A stretch of DNA of 64,000 nt from a virus, in the IMG/VR virus record IMGVR_UViG_3300037422_000262; one strand, written 5' to 3'. The number at the start of each line of letters is the position of its first letter. Within the stretch, counting starts at the first letter, position 1. A program made the translations under genes and the position numbers. The notes beneath the pieces are model-generated. The model worked only from the letters and a program-made list of their open reading frames with translations. It was not told where the DNA came from and searched no databases. Shown here in pieces: positions 28,051-35,656 of the stretch.

Positions 28051-28453
28051 TCCTGATCTGACGGTCACGATCGGCGAAGAGAAGGAAACGACGGCTGTTG
28101 TGATCCCGGCATCGCCTTTAGAGAAGGTGATCGACAGGATCCCCGAACTTCAAAATGCGGTCATGTGGAATTGGAAAACCAAAGAGATCGATTACGCGGC
28201 CATGTTCAATCTTTTGGAATGGAAAGGTGCTAGTTTCGCGCTCGGCTATACGCCGGCAGAAACGCTCGTGTTCGGGCTTTCCTATAATTTAGGAAGCTTG
28301 GAAAATTTGGGTGTTAAGACCGTGATCCTTAAAGACATCAAACTTGAGCCGACCGTTTTCTACTCCCTTGATCGTATCAATATCCAAGACACATCGACAG
28401 CATCGGAAGGATTTGCCGTCGGTGCTAAATTGCTCGAAGTGAGGTTTTGGTAA
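27989..28453 (+). CDS. Exported protein with probable outer-membrane beta-strands and C-terminal aromatic signature
   Basis: Signal peptide MKKLILLIILLILPSLALA; strands SFALGYT, LVFGLSYNL, LEPTVFYSL, GFAVGAKLLEVRFW-COOH. Confidence 0.55.
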   Translation: MKKLILLIILLILPSLALANDPDLTVTIGEEKETTAVVIPASPLEKVIDRIPELQNAVMWNWKTKEIDYAAMFNLLEWKGASFALGYTPAETLVFGLSYNLGSLENLGVKTVILKDIKLEPTVFYSLDRINIQDTSTASEGFAVGAKLLEVRFW

Positions 28454-28689
28454 TGGTCTGGCAAAAAATGATAGCCGGGGTTATCGGAAGCGGGCTTGGC
28501 AAAGCTGTCGGTAAGCTCGTGGACTATATCCCAGGTAAGACCGAAGCCCGAAGGAACCGTATCGAAAAACTCGAAAAGGAGCAAGATGAGATCAAACGTA
28601 AACCCCCGTCGGTTTCTGGTACTAAGCGTCTTATGGATATTGCCGATGAGCTTGGCAAGCTGTATCAGCACGCCAAAAACTCAGAATAA
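28453..28689 (+). CDS. i-spanin (Rz)-like protein
   Basis: N-terminal amphipathic/hydrophobic segment and coiled coil; overlapped by a lipoprotein gene in another frame. Confidence 0.45.
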   Translation: MVWQKMIAGVIGSGLGKAVGKLVDYIPGKTEARRNRIEKLEKEQDEIKRKPPSVSGTKRLMDIADELGKLYQHAKNSE

Positions 28690-28837
28690 GCAGCCCTATA
28701 TCGAACCTAACCGATCGACGGCGGACTGTAACGTGCATTTGGAATACGGGCAAGCAGGACACTTGCCGATCAATGTTCCCAGGTGCGGGTCGTGGACGTG
28801 TTTTAACAACGATCATTACCGGGAGATAGCGAAGTGA
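28586..28837 (+). CDS. Lipoprotein, o-spanin (Rz1)-like
   Basis: Internal SD AAGGAG before ATG 28586; MRSNVNPRRFLVLSVLWILPMSLAS|C lipobox; Pro/Cys-containing mature part. Confidence 0.6.
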   Translation: MRSNVNPRRFLVLSVLWILPMSLASCISTPKTQNKQPYIEPNRSTADCNVHLEYGQAGHLPINVPRCGSWTCFNNDHYREIAK

Positions 28838-29001
28838 ACTGTCCGAAAGATGATATCCGCATGGTCAAACGGCACAGGATCGATATGTCCATGAAACGTA
28901 TCGCCTTTGCTTTTTATCGCTGCCATAAATGCAACCGGGAGTACGATGAGCAAGGGAACAGGATAAAGATCAAAGGCGATAAATATGAGGTGATAGGATG
29001 A
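28834..29001 (+). CDS. Zn-ribbon-like small protein (55 aa, MNCPKDD...YRCHKCNREY; not in ORF track)
   Basis: GTGA and ATGA overlaps at both ends; CP..D and CxxC motifs. Confidence 0.6.
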   Translation: MNCPKDDIRMVKRHRIDMSMKRIAFAFYRCHKCNREYDEQGNRIKIKGDKYEVIG

Positions 29002-29459
29002 ATGAAAGAAACTTACAGCTTAAAGTTTTTGCGTCTTTCCTTATTGTTTTTATTTTTGCGGCTTTGTATGCGTGGGGCGGGATGGAAATGAAATGGCTTC
29101 GCCGATATCTTGCCCCCGCGGTCTTGTGCGGCGGGTGCTATTGGATAAGCCGTGACTGGCGGTTCTTTGTCTCGCTGCCTCTTAGTTTCCTCTCCCTATC
29201 GCTCGGTTACGGCTCAGATATTGAAATATGGAAGATCATTAAGAGGGGGGCTTTTGGCTTGGCAAATGGAGCTGTCTTCTCGATCAGGAACCTTTGGCAG
29301 AGATATTGGATCCCTGCCGTCTTCCAGATATTACTTCTTCCGGCGGCGTATATCGCCTTCGGGGTTTATAATCCGCTCCCGGCCCGCGTCGAAGAATTCA
29401 CGCTCGGAGTCCTCGTCGCGTTCATTCCCGTTATGAGCGCTTTTATTAAGAAAGACTAA
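28998..29459 (+). CDS. Multi-pass membrane protein (153 aa)
   Basis: Four to five hydrophobic helices; ATGA-coupled start. Confidence 0.7.
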   Translation: MNERNLQLKVFASFLIVFIFAALYAWGGMEMKWLRRYLAPAVLCGGCYWISRDWRFFVSLPLSFLSLSLGYGSDIEIWKIIKRGAFGLANGAVFSIRNLWQRYWIPAVFQILLLPAAYIAFGVYNPLPARVEEFTLGVLVAFIPVMSAFIKKD

Positions 29460-29467
29460 ACTATACT

Positions 29468-30688
29468 ATGAAGTTTTGGCAAAAAGCCCTTCCTAAAACG
29501 GGGCTTCTTTTTATCTCGCTTCTCATTGAAGTCAAACTCTTTCCCTTTATTCCGATCGATTATGTAGATCCGCGTTTAAGCAAAGAGCTTCTGGCCTCTC
29601 TCTTCGCGGCCGGAACGATTCTTTGCGTCTTACGGACAGGGCCATGGGCCCCCATGAAAAACCCCTATCTTCTCGGGCTTCTTTTTTACTGCCTTCTCTC
29701 GCCTTTCCTTCATTCCACCTTGACCTTCCCAACGGTCCCGGATTCGGTCATCGCTTCTTTGTGGGGGTATAAAGCTCTTTGGTATATCATCCTTTACTTT
29801 CTTTTCGGATGGGCTATCGCTTCTATCCGATGGAATCGCCATGATGAGGATCATTTTCGTAATATTTTTATTTTCTTAGGCGCTGTCAGTTCGATCTATG
29901 GTTTCATCCAAGCTTTTTTGCCGGATCAATTCCAAATATTGAATCACGACCCTTTTACGCAGAACACAACAAATAAAGAGATCACCTCTTTTTTTGCCCA
30001 CCCCAATTTCGCGTCCTCATTCATCGTGATAACGCTCCCCTTTATGTACCGGGCGAGGAAGCGGGCCTGGATCGCTTTTTGTTCGGGGGTAGTTTTAATG
30101 ATCGACAGTAAATTCGCTGTCTTAGGGTTGTCCGTCGTCACTTATCTTTATGGGATGTATCTTCTACGTGGCTGGAGATTGTACTGGAATTTAATATGGA
30201 GTTTTCTTCTCGTATGGTTCGTCTCCGCGGCCGCCCTTCACCCTGCCATGCTGGGCTCAAGCGGCCGGTTCGTTGTTTGGGGATATATGTGGCAGGATCT
30301 TCTTAACAGCCCCTTGGCGCCGGGGAAATCTTTCTTGTTGACCGGTTACGGTTTGGGGTCGTTCTCCTATTTATTTATGAATATGCATGGGATATATTTC
30401 GCGGAAGCCCACAGCCTTCTTTTTGAGTTCGTTTTTAATATGGGATTGATAGGGGGTATCTTACTAATATTTTCGATATTTTGGTTGATTTTTAAAATAA
30501 CCCCCTCTATAATCGAAAGTGAAGATACGTGGGTGTGGTATTGCGTGTTCGGAGCGTTAAGTGTCATGTCGTTCGGGTACTTCTTCGAACATATCGAACC
30601 CCATCGTTATATTTGGTGTTTAACCGCCGGGATGCTGTATCAAAAACTTCTTAAAGGAGAGCCACATGAAAAGAGTTCTTGTACTTAG
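29468..30688 (+). CDS. Wzy_C family O-antigen ligase / O-oligosaccharyltransferase-like membrane protein
   Basis: About 11-12 TMs; YGFIQ, ITSFFAHPNFASSF, SSGRFVVW, GYGLGSF and EAHSLLFEFVFNMGLIG motifs with the conserved Arg and His. Confidence 0.8.
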   Translation: MKFWQKALPKTGLLFISLLIEVKLFPFIPIDYVDPRLSKELLASLFAAGTILCVLRTGPWAPMKNPYLLGLLFYCLLSPFLHSTLTFPTVPDSVIASLWGYKALWYIILYFLFGWAIASIRWNRHDEDHFRNIFIFLGAVSSIYGFIQAFLPDQFQILNHDPFTQNTTNKEITSFFAHPNFASSFIVITLPFMYRARKRAWIAFCSGVVLMIDSKFAVLGLSVVTYLYGMYLLRGWRLYWNLIWSFLLVWFVSAAALHPAMLGSSGRFVVWGYMWQDLLNSPLAPGKSFLLTGYGLGSFSYLFMNMHGIYFAEAHSLLFEFVFNMGLIGGILLIFSIFWLIFKITPSIIESEDTWVWYCVFGALSVMSFGYFFEHIEPHRYIWCLTAGMLYQKLLKGEPHEKSSCT

Positions 30689-31049
30689 TTTAGCCGTTCT
30701 CATCCTGATCGCCTCAAATGCTTTCGCCGGGAAATTCGTCGTCGATGGGGATAATCAGGGACAATTCACGGATCTGTTTATTCTAGGCGCCCCGGACTCC
30801 GCTAAATCCGGCAATGACGCGACGATCGATCTGCGTAATCTAGGGAACGAATCAGCCAGCGGGAATACCGGGGTATCGATCTCCCAGGCTGATACGGGTG
30901 AGGCGTTGATCAACGCGGTTTGTACGCCTTCGGGCGGGGATATCACTTGCGGGACATACACAACGACAACGGGTTCTAAATCCGGGTCCATTATGATCGA
31001 TCTGAACGGAACTCCGATGTGGCTTTGGCTTTATAATAAACCTAATTAA
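30666..31049 (+). CDS. Exported short fibre-like protein with signal peptide (127 aa)
   Basis: SD AAGGAG; MKRVLVLSLAVLILIASNAFA|G; C-terminal SQADTGEALIN...KSGSIMIDLNGTPMWLWLY. Stop overlaps the convergent ruvC-like stop. Confidence 0.65.
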   Translation: MKRVLVLSLAVLILIASNAFAGKFVVDGDNQGQFTDLFILGAPDSAKSGNDATIDLRNLGNESASGNTGVSISQADTGEALINAVCTPSGGDITCGTYTTTTGSKSGSIMIDLNGTPMWLWLYNKPN

Positions 31050-31492
31050 AGTTGATTTTCGGTATGCCGGCCGTATTCGGCAATGAGAAGTGCGTCGGCG
31101 GTAGAATGAGTAATGGAAAGCCAGGGAAATAATTCCTGGGCTTTTCTTTTTGTGACGTTCTTATCGCCTTTGGAGAGGCAGCGGTGGTGTTTCTGCCAGG
31201 CTCGAGGAAGGACGTATTTGAAGGGGATCTTAAGGGCGATCAAGACACCTAAATAAAATCCGAAATTTCTGCCGAATTTAAAACTGGACGCGACCCCCTG
31301 GGCAGGCATAGAATGGACAGCTTCAATATAAGCGATGCGGATCAGGCCTTTTAACGTATCAAGCCTGTTCGCCAGATCGTGCGGGGTCATTTTATCGTAT
31401 TCCAACAGTTCGATCTCGATCTCGTTATTTAACCCCATAAGAGCGACGGATCCGTTTTGTCCCGGGTCAATTCCTAAAACTAATTTTGACAT
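31046..31492 (-). CDS. ruvC: RuvC-like Holliday junction resolvase
   Basis: LGIDPG, AYIEAVHSMPAQGVASSFKFG and ADALLIAEYG acidic tetrad motifs. Confidence 0.85.
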   Translation of the reverse strand: MSKLVLGIDPGQNGSVALMGLNNEIEIELLEYDKMTPHDLANRLDTLKGLIRIAYIEAVHSMPAQGVASSFKFGRNFGFYLGVLIALKIPFKYVLPRAWQKHHRCLSKGDKNVTKRKAQELFPWLSITHSTADALLIAEYGRHTENQL

Positions 31493-31500
31493 GTATATCC

Positions 31501-31638
31501 TTATCTTCTTTTCGGTGGTTTACCTGTGGCTAGTGCTTGGCCCGTTTTAGCTTGGGCGATCTTAGCCGCAGATTTAACTGAATAACCCTTGCGTTTTAAT
31601 CTCTCGAACAGTTTGTGAACCGCGGTTCCTCGAGGCAT
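31501..31638 (-). CDS. Small basic protein (45 aa, MPRGTAVHKLFERLKRKGYSVKSAAKIAQAKTG...; not in ORF track)
   Basis: SD AAAGGA before ATG 31638; stop abuts the SD of the ruvC-like gene. Confidence 0.6.
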   Translation of the reverse strand: MPRGTAVHKLFERLKRKGYSVKSAAKIAQAKTGQALATGKPPKRR

Positions 31639-31765
31639 GGTACATCCTTTTTATTTGTCTAAAAAAACTTTTGAACCGGAATACTTTCCTGTAATTCTCG
31701 TCGAACGTCGCCATATATTCAGCGAACGCTATTTTTCTTAACAGCTTTACGCGTTTTCCTCTCAT
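31574..31765 (-). CDS. Small basic hypothetical protein (63 aa)
   Basis: SD AAAGG; MRGKRVKLLRK start. Confidence 0.5.
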   Translation of the reverse strand: MRGKRVKLLRKIAFAEYMATFDENYRKVFRFKSFFRQIKRMYHASRNRGSQTVREIKTQGLFS

Positions 31766-32051
31766 TTTTATACCTTTCTTGCTCGAAGTGCCAAAGAAAA
31801 ATTAAGCAGCAGAGGGCATGGCTAATATGCGAACGATTGCTCTGCTTATCTTTTTTAGATCCTTTGCGGTAAGCGTTAATGTGTCTGAGTGCCGCGTCAA
31901 GATAACGGCGTTCCCCGTCACCGACAAATAACCAGTTATCTGGACTGTATTTTTTCGCTCCGAAACTAAGGACACGCACAATATCTTCGAGCGGTCCGGG
32001 AGGCAGAAGGCTCCAACGCAGTTTTCGATCATCGTTCTTGACCCCTCTCAT
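31719..32051 (-). CDS. dATP/dGTP diphosphohydrolase N-terminal-domain protein (DUF5664-like)
   Basis: GVKNDDRKLRWSLLP...VLSFGAKKYSPDNW...RYLDAALRH...HISHALCCLIFL. Confidence 0.85.
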   Translation of the reverse strand: MRGVKNDDRKLRWSLLPPGPLEDIVRVLSFGAKKYSPDNWLFVGDGERRYLDAALRHINAYRKGSKKDKQSNRSHISHALCCLIFLWHFEQERYKNERKTRKAVKKNSVR

Positions 32052-32215
32052 ATCCTATCCCCTTTCTGTTTAACAAGCCAGCGTTTTAGTTGGCTTTCCA
32101 CAATGGCCCACTGTTTAACACCTTTTATAAAACACGCCCGCCGGAATTTCTCCCCCACATCCCGGTCGATGACCACGCAGACCATGTGAGTTCCTTTTCG
32201 TTTGATCCTCGTCAT
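32048..32215 (-). CDS. Ribbon-helix-helix-like small protein (55 aa; not in ORF track)
   Basis: MVCVVIDRDVGEKFRRACFIKGVKQWAIVESQLKRWL beta-alpha-alpha pattern; coupled on both sides. Confidence 0.55.
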   Translation of the reverse strand: MTRIKRKGTHMVCVVIDRDVGEKFRRACFIKGVKQWAIVESQLKRWLVKQKGDRI

Positions 32216-32662
32216 TTAAGCCCCCCGCTTTCGTAGTTTGTATTTCAACCGCCGCTTCTGCTCTTCGGATATCTTAAGTTTATCGACGGGTAAGTATATC
32301 ATGCTCTCAGTCGGTTTATTCTGATCGAACTCATCCAGATCGATCTCCCCGGTCTTTGTGTCGAAATTAGGGGCAATATCACGTTTGATCTCCAAGTTAC
32401 ATGTCCCGCACAAAGATTTAAAGAAGCCGTCCGTATAGCGGCAGAACCATCTTAGAGGATTCTCACATTTTGGGCAGGAAATCGTTTTATTCGTGTCGAA
32501 CCATTTGTTAAATGCAGGATCAAAGCTAAAAGTAAACACACTGTCAGTACGGCAAAAATATACTTCAATGAGCTGTCCATGAATAGACACCTTTCTTTTT
32601 TTGAACGGCAAAAGACATAACGGGCAATAGACTTCTTTGTTGGGGACCCATATATGGGTCAT
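32216..32662 (-). CDS. Double Zn-ribbon protein (148 aa from ATG 32662)
   Basis: CPLC, CxxD, CPKC and CGTC motifs; ATGA overlap with the polA stop. Confidence 0.7.
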   Translation of the reverse strand: MTHIWVPNKEVYCPLCLLPFKKRKVSIHGQLIEVYFCRTDSVFTFSFDPAFNKWFDTNKTISCPKCENPLRWFCRYTDGFFKSLCGTCNLEIKRDIAPNFDTKTGEIDLDEFDQNKPTESMIYLPVDKLKISEEQKRRLKYKLRKRGA

Positions 32663-34596
32663 TTGCGATACCTCTTTCCTGTCCAGCCTTCCGCCGCGAT
32701 TGGGCATCCTTTCGCCCATTTAGGAAGTGTACACATTGTCCGAAGCATTGGATTTAAAAGGTCTATTACTCCCGGTTGAGCCCGGGTAAAATCCCATTCC
32801 GGTACTTCACAAACGATCTCGTCATGGATAGAGAGTATTACCGGCACCCCCGCTTCTTCTAAACTCAGCATAGCACCTGCCATAATGTCCCGCGCGGTCG
32901 CTTGGACCACGTTCTCGCACCACTTTCCGCCGTACATATTCATTTTTTTGAACGCGTTGATCTTAGGGTCCTGGGTGTAAAAATAGAAGGAAGGTTTCCG
33001 CCCCCATTGGGTATCTACGTCCTCGATCCCCGGCTTATAATAAGCCAAGCGCCTCTTTGACGGGAGTTCACAATAAAGAAAATCTCCCTCGATCAAGAAT
33101 TTAACGGAGCCGCAGATCAAGGTCTTCCCGGACCGGACTGTTTCGATTGCGGTCCGTTCAAGATCGTACCAGAAACGGACGACGTTCTTGTAGCTCTGAC
33201 GGTAAGTTTGAACGGCCAAGTCGGCTAACGCAGGGTCAACATCGAGGCCGAATTTTTGGCAGGTCATAAAAAATTTAGACCCGCCCATCTGGTAGCCGCA
33301 GGCCAAAATTACGGTCTTGCCTAACTGCCTTTTTTGTTTGTCGTCTTTGGTAATCGAAGGGTCTTTATATATCATCCGGGCCATTTCAACGTACAAGTCG
33401 CGGCCGTCTTTGAGCATTTGAACCGCGTCTTTCTGGCCCGCCATCCACATCAATACCCGGGCCTCGATCGCATTATAATCCGCGACGATCAACGTTTTTC
33501 CTTCATCCGCGACGATCGCCCCTCTTATGGATGAGGCGATAGCGCTCATGGGCTCGTCATAAAAAGCGCAGAAGTCTTCCGGTTCTTCTAACGCGTGGAG
33601 CAATCCGCAGCAAACGTCCGATGATACATTCCCTTTGGGGAGGTTCTGTAATTGAACGGCCTGAGAGGTCCAGCGGCCGGTTGAGGCGCCGTGGTAGACC
33701 ATGTAATTGCGGATCCTTCCATCATCACAAACGGACCCGATCATCCGGTCAAATTTAGCGACGGAGCTTCTGCCGTACTCCAAGCGCAATTCAATGATCT
33801 CTTTGGCCACCGGGTCGGTAACGGACGGGAGGGCGTCATCTAAAATATCTCTGCCGATACCCGATAAATTCATCCCGAAGGTTTCATTGAGGTATTCTTT
33901 TAGACGCAAGGTTTGTGTCACGCCGAAGAACCGCCCGCCGGTCAAAGATTGCATCCGGTTACTACATACTTGTTCTAATGCTTCGCCCATTTTTTTAGCT
34001 TTAATGGCCAACGGGATATCGATCTCGACCCCGCGTTCATTGATCTTTTGGGTCAAGGCCCATATCCTTTGTTCGAACGGCAAAAGCTCAGGTAATTTAA
34101 GGTCGATCTTACGTTCGACCTCGACGTCCTGCTTACAATAATTAAGGAACGCTACCCGGTCTTCGGGAGTGAATTCCAAAAAAGTCCCGTCCTTCTGAGG
34201 GCCGCAATAGCGGTTTATCAGCATTTTTCCTTTGATATCTTTTTGATCGGGTATCTGTAAGGCTAAAGCCGCTTTTCCCAATGGCCAAGGGAGCCCGTGG
34301 GCGCATACCTTCGCCATCGTATCGCGGAATGGGGGGAGAGGCCGTCTCCACTTATGCTTCCAAATCATCATTTCAAAGAAGCTGTTATAAGCGGAAAAGA
34401 CGGCCCCTTTTCGGATAAGATCATCAAAGATGGCCGGGTATCTGTCCCCCCACACTCCGATCACCGGGCGGTCATCTATGGCGTAGGCAAAACAGATGAT
34501 CTCCGTGGAGGGGTCCATACAGTATTTCCCCGCTCCGGCGGATTTGATATCGATCCTGCTTTTCGTTTCAAAATCTAATAAAATCTTACAGGTCAT
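32659..34596 (-). CDS. polA: Family A DNA polymerase (APSE-like)
   Basis: Exo LLDFET, HGASTGRW, motif A IVADYNAIEARV, motif B RQLGKTVILACGY, motif C SIHDEIVCE. Confidence 0.93.
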   Translation of the reverse strand: MTCKILLDFETKSRIDIKSAGAGKYCMDPSTEIICFAYAIDDRPVIGVWGDRYPAIFDDLIRKGAVFSAYNSFFEMMIWKHKWRRPLPPFRDTMAKVCAHGLPWPLGKAALALQIPDQKDIKGKMLINRYCGPQKDGTFLEFTPEDRVAFLNYCKQDVEVERKIDLKLPELLPFEQRIWALTQKINERGVEIDIPLAIKAKKMGEALEQVCSNRMQSLTGGRFFGVTQTLRLKEYLNETFGMNLSGIGRDILDDALPSVTDPVAKEIIELRLEYGRSSVAKFDRMIGSVCDDGRIRNYMVYHGASTGRWTSQAVQLQNLPKGNVSSDVCCGLLHALEEPEDFCAFYDEPMSAIASSIRGAIVADEGKTLIVADYNAIEARVLMWMAGQKDAVQMLKDGRDLYVEMARMIYKDPSITKDDKQKRQLGKTVILACGYQMGGSKFFMTCQKFGLDVDPALADLAVQTYRQSYKNVVRFWYDLERTAIETVRSGKTLICGSVKFLIEGDFLYCELPSKRRLAYYKPGIEDVDTQWGRKPSFYFYTQDPKINAFKKMNMYGGKWCENVVQATARDIMAGAMLSLEEAGVPVILSIHDEIVCEVPEWDFTRAQPGVIDLLNPMLRTMCTLPKWAKGCPIAAEGWTGKRYRK

Positions 34597-35218
34597 AAGT
34601 ATTTAAAACGTAGGTGAGTTTAGTCAGTATCGCCTCGATTACATTCACAGTCACCGCATTCCCTAGGCATTTATACCTTTGTGAATCGCTTATCCCCTCT
34701 GTCCATCCGTCAGGAAATGATTGTAAACGCTCGCACTCCGTCGGGGTCAATCTTCTTATCCTATACCCGTCAAACACCTCGTGCTTATCTTGGGCGGTTA
34801 AAGTAAATGCCGGCTCTTCATCCTCTTTCATTCTGCGGCCGTTATGTCTTTTTTCAGCACGGTCAGGCGTTAAGACGGGGATTGCGTAAAGACCGGTTTT
34901 TGCTCCCTGTCCACCGCCTTCGCCTTTAAGTGTTACTGATAATCCATCAATCTCACGAATACGTTGTGCGTCTGGCAGCTTTTGAGTTTCTTTAATAAAC
35001 AACTGGTCAGCTTTCATATTAGGTCCTTTTAGCGTGTGTGAAACTTCGGTTTGTGTCCGTCTTTCGTCTGGCTCACCCTTCTCATCAAATATTCCGTCGC
35101 CTTCTCCGACAGGAAATACTTCTCCTCCACCGAATCCTCCAAGATGTCGCTTAGCGATGGTGTACTCAACATAGGCTCTGGAAAGTCGAAAGCCACCATC
35201 TTTATTTTTGGATTGCAT
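34586..35218 (-). CDS. dcm: C5-cytosine methyltransferase, C-terminal fragment (variable region plus motifs IX-X)
   Basis: IRRLTPTECERLQSFPDGWT and RYKCLGNAVTVNVIEAI; own SD GCGAGG 5 nt before ATG 35218. Confidence 0.85.
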   Translation of the reverse strand: MQSKNKDGGFRLSRAYVEYTIAKRHLGGFGGGEVFPVGEGDGIFDEKGEPDERRTQTEVSHTLKGPNMKADQLFIKETQKLPDAQRIREIDGLSVTLKGEGGGQGAKTGLYAIPVLTPDRAEKRHNGRRMKEDEEPAFTLTAQDKHEVFDGYRIRRLTPTECERLQSFPDGWTEGISDSQRYKCLGNAVTVNVIEAILTKLTYVLNTYDL

Positions 35219-35245
35219 AAAAGCCTCGCTTTCATCTGTTCGATC

Positions 35246-35656
35246 TTACTTGACGGTTTTTTTAGCATATTGATTGTTTCCTGCGGCGAATTTTCTGGCG
35301 TGTTCGGATTTGGTATAAAGCTCGAGATTAGAAATTCGATTATCGGTCCTATCGTTATTCTTGTGATGAATGCCGTGCTTGGGGGGTATTTTTCCGTTAT
35401 AAAATTCCCAAACGTATCTGTGCATCAATATCCCAGCCCCGTGCGTCATGCCATAATATCCATTATTGCGGAGAGTGAATTTTTTGCCGTCAAAAACCTT
35501 ATACGGCAACTGACTGATTTTCCTTAACTTAAATTTTCTTCTCTTGAAACCGACATGAACCGACTGCCTCGTCATGTTAAACATTCTTCCGACCTGTTCT
35601 AAAGACATTCCGGTCAAATAAGCCTCATACATTTCTTTATACAAATTGTTTTTCAT
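35246..35656 (-). CDS. HNH homing endonuclease (HNH_3-type) with N-terminal HTH, inserted in dcm
   Basis: MHRYVWEFYNGKIPPKHGIHHKNNDRTDNRISNLEL...H; SD GAGGA before ATG 35656. Confidence 0.88.
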   Translation of the reverse strand: MKNNLYKEMYEAYLTGMSLEQVGRMFNMTRQSVHVGFKRRKFKLRKISQLPYKVFDGKKFTLRNNGYYGMTHGAGILMHRYVWEFYNGKIPPKHGIHHKNNDRTDNRISNLELYTKSEHARKFAAGNNQYAKKTVK

